Source: a virus
Length of the DNA: 64,000 nucleotides
IMG/VR virus record: IMGVR_UViG_3300044846_005309
Location: 55,784 to 119,783 of that record
Strand: one strand, 5' to 3'
In this document: one piece after another, positions 21,091 through 28,752 of the stretch
Numbering within the stretch: position 1 is the stretch's first letter
Layout of the letters: every line of letters begins with the position of its first letter
The notes under the pieces: model-generated
Seen by the model: the letters and a program-made list of their open reading frames with translations, nothing else
Databases searched by the model: none
Told to the model about the DNA's origin: nothing
Position numbers and translations under genes: made by a program

Positions 21091-21940
21091 CAATGGACGC
21101 CAGTTAATTAATTCAAAAGGGGAAAATGTTGGTTGTCTTTTCACTTTTTTAAAGACTATTAAGTCTTACGCAGAGCAGTTTAATACAAGTGATATCTACA
21201 TAGCCTGGGATCGTAAGCTAACTAACGAGGTTAACTTCAGAAAAGAACTTACCGACGGTAGCTATAAGGGAAACCGTGATCACGAACGTAATAAAAACGT
21301 ATATGACAGCATGAACCCTGTTATTGAAGCTACCGCTGCTTTAGGAATTAAAAATATATTCCCTGGTAAGCTAGAAGCTGATGATGTAATTGGATGGCTT
21401 GCTAGTAATTTAACCGGTAAGAAGGTAATAGTAAGCGTGGATAAAGATTTTATCCAACTTATCTCTGAAAACGTAAGCTATTACAACCCTATTAAGAAAT
21501 TCTTAATAGACGTCAATAATTTTTCAGAACACTACGATATGTCCCCTAAAGAATTTCTTTATTATAAAGCTATTATAGGGGATATTTCAGATAATATTAC
21601 TGGTATTGAAGGTTTTGGTAAGGTTAAAGGTGTAAAACTTGCAAAAGCATTCGAAGCTAACGACGAAGACACTATAGCACCGTATAAAGAACAGGTTTAT
21701 AACAATCTTAAACTTATAGACTTGACTTATGGGGTTAAATCTTTTCCGGAAGAGGTAAAGCTCTATAATGAGCAGCTTGTTACACTTAAGAACACTCACC
21801 CTGAATTCGTTAAATTTAAAGAAATTTGCGAAAACTATGAGTTTGCATCTATAATTGATAAAATGCCGAGTTGGCAACGAGTTTTTAATCAAAAAAACAC
21901 TGCGGATGTTTTGACCGAGTATTTTAAAGTGTTCTCGTAA
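21020..21940 (+). CDS. 5'-3' exonuclease / T4 RNase H-like flap endonuclease
   Basis: LLIDGNN, YKGNR, EADDVIG, SVDKDFIQL, GDISDNITGIEGFG. Confidence 0.9.
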   Translation: MSTSTILLIDGNNTLHRTHWVANNNGRQLINSKGENVGCLFTFLKTIKSYAEQFNTSDIYIAWDRKLTNEVNFRKELTDGSYKGNRDHERNKNVYDSMNPVIEATAALGIKNIFPGKLEADDVIGWLASNLTGKKVIVSVDKDFIQLISENVSYYNPIKKFLIDVNNFSEHYDMSPKEFLYYKAIIGDISDNITGIEGFGKVKGVKLAKAFEANDEDTIAPYKEQVYNNLKLIDLTYGVKSFPEEVKLYNEQLVTLKNTHPEFVKFKEICENYEFASIIDKMPSWQRVFNQKNTADVLTEYFKVFS

Positions 21941-21949
21941 GTATAGTAT

Positions 21950-22141
21950 ATGTATACTACAGTAGCTCCGCGGCCAGAAACATGCAATACGTGCGGTCAA
22001 CCATCAGTTCATCCGAAAGTTATGAAAATAACACGTGGTACGCAGATAGTAACTGAAGCGCATTGGATTTGTTCTAGATGTTCTAATAGATTTAAGATTG
22101 GAACCCTAAGTATAGAAGAGCGTGAAAAGAAGAAAAACTAA
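21950..22141 (+). CDS. small zinc-ribbon protein
   Basis: CNTC...CSRC; TAAGTA motif upstream. Confidence 0.6.
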   Translation: MYTTVAPRPETCNTCGQPSVHPKVMKITRGTQIVTEAHWICSRCSNRFKIGTLSIEEREKKKN

Positions 22142-22520
22142 AAAACTCTTAGACGAAGCTTCGTATTACACTGGAGCCTACAGTGGCCAGCAATCTCCTG
22201 AAACAGTTTCAGCGTATGAGTTTGCAAAAGATAGTGTTCCTACGCTGAATAAACTAGGAACTCTAAAAGACCAAAAACCTGGCATACCCACTCCACAAGA
22301 ATTACCGTTTCCAATGCAAGATTCGGTAAGAGAGCTTGCAGATTTATATTTAAAAGCTCAAGATCTACGTAACAAAGCAAGAAATGCCGAAGCTCTTCCA
22401 CTTTTTAAGAACAAAAAAGAAGAACTTGATGTGTTCCGTCGTCAGCTTAACGGTATAATGGTAACTTGCAAGAAATTAGCAGCGCAGTTAGACAACTTTA
22501 CTCTTGCACCTAAGCAATAA
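22122..22520 (+). CDS. hypothetical protein
   Basis: ORF, GTG start. Confidence 0.5.
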   Translation: MKRRKTKKLLDEASYYTGAYSGQQSPETVSAYEFAKDSVPTLNKLGTLKDQKPGIPTPQELPFPMQDSVRELADLYLKAQDLRNKARNAEALPLFKNKKEELDVFRRQLNGIMVTCKKLAAQLDNFTLAPKQ

Positions 22521-22541
22521 GTCTCTTTAATACGCGTCATC

Positions 22542-22967
22542 ATGAATGACTCGTTAAAAGTATTCCTTATATCATCAGTAAAAACAGCATTAATTTCCGG
22601 GGTTATTGCAGGAATTGCGTTTTTACTCAGTGGAAATATTATTGTTTGGTTTGTGGTAGGTATGGCTTCGCAGTATGTACTGTTCTACTTGCTTAATAGC
22701 TATCTAGAATATAAAGTTGTACGGGACTCTCGGGTGTTTCAGCTAAAAGAAGCTGAAATTATGGCGCAAAATACCGTCACAGTAGAATGCGCGTCGTGTA
22801 AGAAAGAAAGCGAAGTATTAGTTAAGTTTGGACAATCAAATTATTACACCTGCGGTCATTGTGATACAAAAAATTCTATATTTTTATTTGCAGAAACTGC
22901 AGTAACAACCGAACCTAAATACGACTCTACTCCTGCTATCAATACTTCTTCTACAAATGGACTCTAA
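22542..22967 (+). CDS. membrane protein with C-terminal zinc ribbon
   Basis: Two hydrophobic N-terminal segments, CASC...CGHC. Confidence 0.6.
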   Translation: MNDSLKVFLISSVKTALISGVIAGIAFLLSGNIIVWFVVGMASQYVLFYLLNSYLEYKVVRDSRVFQLKEAEIMAQNTVTVECASCKKESEVLVKFGQSNYYTCGHCDTKNSIFLFAETAVTTEPKYDSTPAINTSSTNGL

Positions 22968-23250
22968 TACTAATACAAAAAATATTTCGATGTATGAATT
23001 TGCCCGCTGGGCTGCACTGCTTGAAGCGGTCGATATTATCGCGGAAAAATGTGAAGACCGCGGAATCGATTTTGATAGCCCAGAAGGAATAAAATACATT
23101 AAACCTCTCGATATACAGGATTATGTTAATAACAGAACCGACACTTTGATAATGAAAATTAAAACTGCTCGTAACATTGAAAAGAATCTTATGAGTATCA
23201 AACAACTACAAATTGAGAAACAACTAAAAACCTTAGAAATAACTGAATAA
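22957..23250 (+). CDS. hypothetical protein
   Basis: ORF in operon. Confidence 0.55.
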   Translation: MDSNTNTKNISMYEFARWAALLEAVDIIAEKCEDRGIDFDSPEGIKYIKPLDIQDYVNNRTDTLIMKIKTARNIEKNLMSIKQLQIEKQLKTLEITE

Positions 23251-23252
23251 TT

Positions 23253-23450
23253 ATGGCATACTCAGCTAGACAGACTCCTGCAAACGGTATACAAGTGTTT
23301 GATGCCTTAACAGGCACACCGCATTTTTATATTTCTACTATAAATCGCAAAGTCCATTCGTTTTTCATAAATGGTAACACACTTACAATTTCATTCGAAA
23401 ACAACGTAACCGAAATCTGGGACCTCACTAAACGCTATAAAATTCGATGA
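23253..23450 (+). CDS. hypothetical protein
   Basis: Small ORF, ATGA-coupled to the next gene. Confidence 0.5.
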   Translation: MAYSARQTPANGIQVFDALTGTPHFYISTINRKVHSFFINGNTLTISFENNVTEIWDLTKRYKIR

Positions 23451-23695
23451 TTAATTCTGGCTATTACATAGTAGATAAATCTATTAAGTATATGAACGCT
23501 AGAAACCCTCTAGAAGAAGGGCTTTTCTATGACGGAGACAAGAACTGGTCTCGTAACCCCAATCACGCTAAGGTTTACGGTACAGCTGAATTGGCAATAG
23601 AAAAAGCACGGGATTTACAGAAGGAGGGGCCCGTTAAAGTGCTATATATCGAAATTAACGGTACTAACGTAGGAGTAGGAGAGATCCAATTCTAG
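23447..23695 (+). CDS. hypothetical protein
   Basis: Small ORF in operon. Confidence 0.5.
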   Translation: MINSGYYIVDKSIKYMNARNPLEEGLFYDGDKNWSRNPNHAKVYGTAELAIEKARDLQKEGPVKVLYIEINGTNVGVGEIQF

Positions 23696-23711
23696 TTTCA
23701 TAAGTATCTGC

Positions 23712-24074
23712 ATGAAGATAGTTGTACCTTTAGTACAGTTCCAACAGCAACTCAGGATATTTCATTGGCAAACCGAGAGTTACGCTCAACATAAAGCTTT
23801 AGGTAAAGCATATGAAGCCCTTGATGCCTTAATAGATGGTTTTGTTGAGACGTTTATGGGCAAATACGGGCGCTTGAAATCGACCGAAGGCAACTATACT
23901 ATTACTCTTAACAATCTAGAAGGTAATGATATTAATAAAACTATTGATGAATTTATCACTTATCTAGAAACGTACGAGAGCGAACTTGAAGAAAGTGATA
24001 CTGATCTTTTCAACATTAGAGATGAAATGAAAGGTCAATGTAACACGTTAAAGTATCTATTGACATTAAAATAA
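23712..24074 (+). CDS. ferritin/Dps-like four-helix protein (DUF5856-like)
   Basis: FHWQTESYAQHKALG...DGFVETFMGKYG...NIRDEM...YLLTLK. Confidence 0.75.
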   Translation: MKIVVPLVQFQQQLRIFHWQTESYAQHKALGKAYEALDALIDGFVETFMGKYGRLKSTEGNYTITLNNLEGNDINKTIDEFITYLETYESELEESDTDLFNIRDEMKGQCNTLKYLLTLK

Positions 24075-24123
24075 TAATTTAAGCTTGCTTTTGAGCCAAA
24101 ATAGCTCAAAATGAATAGCTTAA

Positions 24124-24705
24124 ATGAAAGTTGTACAGCCAGACGCTAAAACTAGTCTTCTTCTCAACCGTAACTACCAAGCTTTTGCTTTTTGTTCGGC
24201 TAGAGCGGCGATCCGTCATTTTATGACTGGTAAAGTAAAAGGGCTAGATGCAGAAAACAATACTCACGAATTTGATACCTGGTCCACTCCTTATGTTCAA
24301 CTTCATGCAGATCAGCCCGCTCTACGTAGTGCAAGTCAAACATGGGCTATACCTACTGTTTTAGTTTGTACCAATCATTTCGGTTTTCACCCTCGCAAAG
24401 GAGACAACGTTTCGCTAAAAAATCTTTTTAATATCTATAAAGGTACTTGCCAGTTTTGTTTAAAGCCGATACCATTCAGTCATGCTACTAAGGACCACCT
24501 TTATCCAAAATCTAAAGGCGGTACTAATCACGATTTTAATATGGTTCTAGCATGCCGTAAATGTAATAGCGAGAAAGATAACATCTTTCCTTACTATGAT
24601 ATTAACGGTAACGAGGTAAAACCACGTAAGTTAATGCATTCCGGTGTGTTCATTCCAGATATCCAAGATGTTAGAGAAGAATGGAAACCTTTCCTTTATA
24701 TGTAA
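24124..24705 (+). CDS. HNH endonuclease
   Basis: CQFC, TKDHLYPKSKGG, NMVLACRKCNSEK. Confidence 0.85.
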   Translation: MKVVQPDAKTSLLLNRNYQAFAFCSARAAIRHFMTGKVKGLDAENNTHEFDTWSTPYVQLHADQPALRSASQTWAIPTVLVCTNHFGFHPRKGDNVSLKNLFNIYKGTCQFCLKPIPFSHATKDHLYPKSKGGTNHDFNMVLACRKCNSEKDNIFPYYDINGNEVKPRKLMHSGVFIPDIQDVREEWKPFLYM

Positions 24706-24713
24706 AAAAGTGC

Positions 24714-24741
24714 TTGACTTTAAGAGAAAAAGTACCATTAT
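24714..24741 (+). promoter_or_regulatory. sigma70-like promoter of the tRNA array
   Basis: TTGACT-16 bp (ending GTAC)-CATTAT; same architecture recurs at 32032, 32352 and 33788. Confidence 0.7.
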
Positions 24742-24761
24742 ATGTAAATATTAAATAACAA

Positions 24762-24848
24762 ATGATCAAATCCATAACCAGTTCAACAATTAATCCAGCA
24801 CAATGCGATACATTCGCCTGGGTTCATTATGAACTGGGCAGGGTTTAA
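24762..24848 (+). CDS. putative attenuator leader peptide MIKSITSSTINPAQCDTFAWVHYELGRV
   Basis: ATG 20 nt after the -10 box; 28 codons encode all 20 amino acids; stop codon lies in the antiterminator 5' arm. Confidence 0.75.
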   Translation: MIKSITSSTINPAQCDTFAWVHYELGRV

Positions 24849-24880
24849 AGCAAATTTTCTAACGAAAAACTTTAAACCCT
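24840..24880 (+). promoter_or_regulatory. antiterminator stem
   Basis: AGGGTTTAAAG (24840-24850) is the perfect reverse complement of CTTTAAACCCT (24870-24880), which overlaps the terminator 5' arm. Confidence 0.75.
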
Positions 24881-24905
24881 AGGCCTTAAAAACCTAGGGT
24901 TTTTT
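24874..24905 (+). terminator. intrinsic terminator (attenuator)
   Basis: AAACCCTAGG-9 nt loop-CCTAGGGTTT running into a 6-T tract. Confidence 0.8.
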
Positions 24906-25131
24906 AATGCGAGCTGCCGCTAACCAAGCAGCCAAGACGTCTTATAAGAGGCATCCAAACCGGCGAATAAAAAGCCGATAGGGGTGAGATCAATAAGTTC
25001 TTTATTAGATGAAATAGAGCGGCCCCGGACGCTCTTTAAAACAATTCGCCGGGCCTTTTTCCTGCCTGCACTGAAGTCTGGGTCCATATCCAGGAAGCAG
25101 CAATGCTCTAGGTGCAGCGTGGGACTATTTT

Positions 25132-25206
25132 GCCTCTATAGCACAGTGGTAGTGCAACAGTTTTGTAAACTGTAGGTCGTTGGTTCGAATCCGACTGGAG
25201 GCTCCA
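25132..25206 (+). tRNA. tRNA-Thr(UGU)
   Basis: Cloverleaf, ACAGT-TT TGT AA-ACTGT, GTTCGAATC, CCA end. Confidence 0.92.
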
Positions 25207-25221
25207 TTTTCAACGACTCGT

Positions 25222-25587
25222 TTATACAGCATTGTATGCTGTGTTGTAATCTCGATTTTTATTTTGAAGCAATCTATATAAAACTTTGTCGTTCCCCGTT
25301 TGTTTTACTTCAGCATCATTTATATACTTATTTACAGTGTTGTAATCTTTATTAAGCCAAGCAATAGTACCTAAATAGTATTTTACTATACCTTGAGAAT
25401 CGTCGGTTTTAGCTTGGGTAGCTGCTTTATTCATCATAGATATAGCTTCTTGCGTTTTACCTTGAATAGCTAATTCTTGAGCAGCATGCCAAGTGTCTAG
25501 TGAAGGAATATTTAGCGGGTTAGTGTTACCCGTATAATTTTCGATTAACGATGAAAGATACAAATTTACCCTTTTATCAAATTTCAT
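25222..25587 (-). CDS. hypothetical helical (TPR-like) protein inside the tRNA array
   Basis: Antisense ORF filling the gap between two tRNAs; TAAATA upstream on the minus strand. Confidence 0.55.
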   Translation of the reverse strand: MKFDKRVNLYLSSLIENYTGNTNPLNIPSLDTWHAAQELAIQGKTQEAISMMNKAATQAKTDDSQGIVKYYLGTIAWLNKDYNTVNKYINDAEVKQTGNDKVLYRLLQNKNRDYNTAYNAV

Positions 25588-25601
25588 ATACAATATTTAT
25601 T

Positions 25602-25693
25602 GGAAGCGTGGGTGAGTGGATAAAAATCGCTTGTCTTGAAAACAAGAATCGGTGATGAGCCGGTCGTAGGTTCGAATCCTACCGCTTCCGCCA
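25602..25693 (+). tRNA. tRNA-Ser(UGA)
   Basis: CTTGT-CT TGA AA-ACAAG, long variable arm, GCCA end. Confidence 0.92.
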
Positions 25694-25698
25694 ATTTT

Positions 25699-25897
25699 GC
25701 GCGAGGGGTAACCAATAGTCGGTTCTTCAATGGGCCAGTACCCTGAGTGGGCTGAGAAATACCAAGCACAAACAGGAAACCCGTGCCGGACTAGTACGGA
25801 AGTAGGAAGAGATGCATCTCGCTCCCTACAAGTCGGGGTTGGACGAAATTGCTTGGGGCTCTAAGAAGGTAAGGTTGACAGCCTCCCTCGCGCGCCA
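25699..25897 (+). ncRNA. unidentified ~200-nt RNA with tRNA-like acceptor stem and CCA end
   Basis: 5' GCGCGAGGG pairs with 3' CCCTCGCGC, followed by GCCA; GC-rich; flanked by T-rich spacers like the tRNAs. Confidence 0.6.
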
Positions 25898-25902
25898 TTT
25901 TT

Positions 25903-25987
25903 GGGAGTATGGCACAGCGGCAACTGCAGGAGACTGTAAATCTCCCGCCTTCGGGCTTCATTGGTTCGAGTCCAATTGCTCCCACCA
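25903..25987 (+). tRNA. tRNA-Tyr(GUA)
   Basis: GGAGA-CT GTA AA-TCTCC, variable arm, ACCA. Confidence 0.92.
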
Positions 25988-25993
25988 CTTTAA

Positions 25994-26075
25994 GCGGACG
26001 TGTCGTAATGGTAGCCGAGATGGTCTTAGAAGCCATTGCTTATGCGTGTGGGTTCGAGTCCCTCCGTCCGCACCA
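25994..26075 (+). tRNA. tRNA-Leu(UAG)
   Basis: ATGGT-CT TAG AA-GCCAT, variable arm, ACCA. Confidence 0.9.
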
Positions 26076-26094
26076 CTTTAAAATAAATATTATT

Positions 26095-26376
26095 ATGAAA
26101 ACACTAGCATTGCTTATTATTAGTTTGACTATGACCGGCTGCTACGCATCCCCGGTTATTCGTGGCCCTCGAGTAATTGTTGTTGATCCGCATCCTCGGG
26201 TAATTATTGTTGAACCAGCTCCTCGAGTAATTGTAACGAGAGAATACCCTCGTTATCCTAGTGTTTCGTGGCATATTGATGTAAATTTTGGACGGGGTCA
26301 CGGTCATGGCCATGTTTACGGCCCTATTCGTGGTCATTCGAATCCTGGCATTTGGCGTCACTATCGCCATTGGTAA
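26095..26376 (+). CDS. small lipoprotein-like protein (Pro/Arg/His/Gly-rich)
   Basis: MKTLALLIISLTMTGC signal with lipobox; PRVI repeats; start at 26095 because the longer ORF overlaps tRNAs. Confidence 0.6.
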   Translation: MKTLALLIISLTMTGCYASPVIRGPRVIVVDPHPRVIIVEPAPRVIVTREYPRYPSVSWHIDVNFGRGHGHGHVYGPIRGHSNPGIWRHYRHW

Positions 26377-26379
26377 TTT

Positions 26380-26467
26380 GGAAGGATGGCTGAGCGGCCT
26401 ATAGCAGAAGTTTACTAAACTTCCGAAGAGCAATCTTCCGGGGGTTCGAATCCCTCTCCTTCCGCCA
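26380..26467 (+). tRNA. tRNA-Ser(ACU)
   Basis: GAAGT-TT ACT AA-ACTTC, long variable arm, G73, CCA. Confidence 0.85.
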
Positions 26468-26469
26468 TC

Positions 26470-26546
26470 GCGCCAGTGTCGTTGAAAGGCTAAACTACTG
26501 TTTGCAAAACAGTTACATGCAGGTTCGATTCCTGTCTGGCGCTCCA
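26470..26546 (+). tRNA. tRNA-Cys(GCA)
   Basis: ACTGT-TT GCA AA-ACAGT, U73, CCA. Confidence 0.88.
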
Positions 26547-26551
26547 TTTAT

Positions 26552-26628
26552 GGCGATTGTAGCTCAATGGTCAGAGTATTCGATTGTGATTCGAAGGGTT
26601 GCGAGTTCGAGTCTCGTCAGTCGCCCCA
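26552..26628 (+). tRNA. tRNA-His(GUG)
   Basis: TTCGA-TT GTG AT-TCGAA, G-1:C73, CCA. Confidence 0.92.
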
Positions 26629-26666
26629 AATATTTGATTTAGAACGTATCTAAACTAAATTTTAAT

Positions 26667-27341
26667 ATGAGTTTAGTTTTTGAAAAAATACTACCTTTAG
26701 TTAATAAAATTACCGAAAAATTTAATTTGGTATCATATGAAATTACAGAAGAAGGTATTAAGGATTACGACTGGTATAATAAAATTTTTTATTCTTTTAA
26801 CAAATTTAGAAGAGCTCATATAGAAGTTCTAGATCGTAGAGAACAAAACAATATGTGGATAATGCATACCACCGTTTTTCCGCATTTAGATGATGATGCG
26901 CCTATATTTGGTTTCGATATAATTTGTACAGGTAATAAGGTGTCTGGAGTGTTTCATGATCTATCTATTACAACTAACCCTAACCATCCATTACAGGTAA
27001 ACTTTAAAAAACTAGTTAGTAATTTAACTTGGAAAAGAGAAAGAGAATTACCCGAATGGGGCAAAGCAATTTTTTCGGAAGATATGATCGCCGCAGGTGG
27101 AAGTAATACTGAACAAGAACTACAGCAAATAGTGGATGTCTGTTTAGAAAGCTTAGATGTTTATTTGAGAAACATAGGAGCTACAAATTTTCCAAGTCCA
27201 ATTTCATCCAAAGAAATGCAGAATAGATATTGCAAGTATCAAAAGATGAATCCATACCCAGTTAAGATGTTAACTAATTTTGGATTGACAGAAGAGCAGG
27301 CTCGTCAGTTTGTTGAAAAACATCTCTTTCCTGAAGTTTAA
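26667..27341 (+). CDS. ferredoxin-dependent bilin reductase (PcyA/PcyX-like)
   Basis: FRRAHIE, WIMHTTVFP, PIFGFDII, FHDLS, RELPEWGKAIFS, QNRYC..QKMNP. Confidence 0.85.
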   Translation: MSLVFEKILPLVNKITEKFNLVSYEITEEGIKDYDWYNKIFYSFNKFRRAHIEVLDRREQNNMWIMHTTVFPHLDDDAPIFGFDIICTGNKVSGVFHDLSITTNPNHPLQVNFKKLVSNLTWKRERELPEWGKAIFSEDMIAAGGSNTEQELQQIVDVCLESLDVYLRNIGATNFPSPISSKEMQNRYCKYQKMNPYPVKMLTNFGLTEEQARQFVEKHLFPEV

Positions 27342-27364
27342 TCCTTTTTTCTGTAAATATTGCT

Positions 27365-27970
27365 ATGAAATATATAGCAATATTTTTTGCATTATTACTA
27401 ACTAGTTTTGCACAAAATTTAAAAGTATCTACTAAGACTACAAACTACACTCTAACCACTAATGACACTAACACTCTTATTGCATTTATGAGTGTTAATG
27501 CCCCCTTAGTGAGAATGACTGTACCTTCAGAAACGTCTTCAAGAAATACCTTTCCTACCGGGGCTAGAATATACGGTACATCTTTAACAAACTCGATAGT
27601 TCACATAACCGGTTCATCAGGCGTGACAATTATAAGTCCTGAAAACTCATTTCGTAGTAAAAACTATGGTTCAAGATGGGAGCTTATAAAATTATCAAAG
27701 AATATGTGGTTACTTGAAGGAGATTTATATTCCTTAGAAATGAATGCTTTTATTGGAGATGATGTAGTAATAAAAGCAGTTGTTGATGCCGATGCTACAG
27801 GTCCTTTCATTTATAAGTGGTATAAAAATGGAGTACTAATACCGGATGCTACTTTTGCTAGTTTAAAACTTAATAATATAGACCTTTCAACTTCTGGAAA
27901 GTATTATGCCATAGTAAGTAATAGAGCAGGTTCTTACACGGGAGAAACGACTACTTTAATAGTTAGATAA
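27365..27970 (+). CDS. secreted protein with C-terminal immunoglobulin domain
   Basis: Signal peptide; YKWYKNG...SGKYYAIVSNRAG Ig I-set pattern. Confidence 0.75.
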   Translation: MKYIAIFFALLLTSFAQNLKVSTKTTNYTLTTNDTNTLIAFMSVNAPLVRMTVPSETSSRNTFPTGARIYGTSLTNSIVHITGSSGVTIISPENSFRSKNYGSRWELIKLSKNMWLLEGDLYSLEMNAFIGDDVVIKAVVDADATGPFIYKWYKNGVLIPDATFASLKLNNIDLSTSGKYYAIVSNRAGSYTGETTTLIVR

Positions 27971-27988
27971 CTGCATAAGTATATTAGT

Positions 27989-28345
27989 ATGAAAAAACTA
28001 ATATCTGCTATATTCGCAAGTATTGTATTGACCTCTGCAGTAGTAGCGCAAGTCGCGCCCGTACCTAACCCAGATGTCTCAGAGACAGTACTAACAAATA
28101 CAAAAGTTACTTTGACAGCCACTGCTGATGGTACAGCCCCAATTACATATGCTTGGTTCAAGGGTACTACCCAAGTAGCAACAGGCTCTACTCTAGTTTT
28201 TAATAGTATTCAAACTGCCGATGCAGGGGTATACAAGGCTGTAGCTACTAACCCAGGCGGTTCAACTGATAGTAATCTCGCAACGCTTGTTGTTATTACC
28301 CCAGTTGCTCCTTTCAATGTAAAGATTACTATTACTAAGGGTTAA
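27989..28345 (+). CDS. secreted single immunoglobulin-domain protein
   Basis: Signal peptide; GTAPITYAWFKG...DAGVYKAVATNPGG. Confidence 0.8.
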   Translation: MKKLISAIFASIVLTSAVVAQVAPVPNPDVSETVLTNTKVTLTATADGTAPITYAWFKGTTQVATGSTLVFNSIQTADAGVYKAVATNPGGSTDSNLATLVVITPVAPFNVKITITKG

Positions 28346-28352
28346 TTTTTTT

Positions 28353-28427
28353 ACGGACGTGGTATAGTGGTCGTGCAGCAGCCTCCAAACCTGCCCTAAG
28401 AGAGTTCGATTCTCTCCGTCCGTGCCA
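28353..28427 (+). tRNA. tRNA-Trp(CCA)
   Basis: GCAGC-CT CCA AA-CCTGC, GTTCGATTC, GCCA. Confidence 0.85.
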
Positions 28428-28431
28428 CTTT

Positions 28432-28752
28432 ATGAGATTTATAGCTATATTTCTCTTTGCTTCAATAGCTTACTGTTCTGATACAATTACGTTTTCGTCG
28501 TATCAGGCCCCTAAGCTATACAATTATAGTTATTCCTATAGTAAGGATAGAGACGATGATAGACACTATAGTAAGGATAGAGACGATGATAGACACTATA
28601 GTTGGGATAGAAAATATAGCTATAAAGATGATAAGTATGAATATGGTCATCCTTCTATTCCTGAGCCTTCTACTTGGACTTTACTTGCTGGCGTGTGCGC
28701 CTTGTCGGCAGCATTTATTAAACGGCGTAAAACGCTTACTAGTAAACCCTAA
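28432..28752 (+). CDS. PEP-CTERM sorting-domain protein
   Basis: Signal peptide; C-terminal IPEPSTW + hydrophobic helix + KRRK. Confidence 0.85.
   Translation: MRFIAIFLFASIAYCSDTITFSSYQAPKLYNYSYSYSKDRDDDRHYSKDRDDDRHYSWDRKYSYKDDKYEYGHPSIPEPSTWTLLAGVCALSAAFIKRRKTLTSKP
28536..28602 (+). repeat. 30-bp tandem repeat (YSKDRDDDRH x2 plus partial copy)
   Basis: CTATAGTAAGGATAGAGACGATGATAGACA occurs twice exactly, in frame in the PEP-CTERM gene. Confidence 0.9.

Noticed and set aside
25060-25124. Hammerhead ribozyme or SRP RNA call for the three-way junction
   Set aside because: Core deviates from hammerhead consensus (CUGAAGU, GAAG), and AGGAAGCAGC lacks the SRP helix-8 GNRA context; left as unidentified
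24984-25175. 63-aa ORF
   Set aside because: Runs through the structured leader into tRNA-Thr
25584-26547. ORF-track entries 25584-25769(-), 25791-26036(-), 25812-26081(+), 26104-26547(-) and the 5' part of 25909-26376
   Set aside because: They overlap clear tRNA genes and are shadow translations
28536-28602. Possible mini-CRISPR array
   Set aside because: Adjacent tandem repeats with no spacers, in frame inside a CDS; no CRISPR array seen in the window
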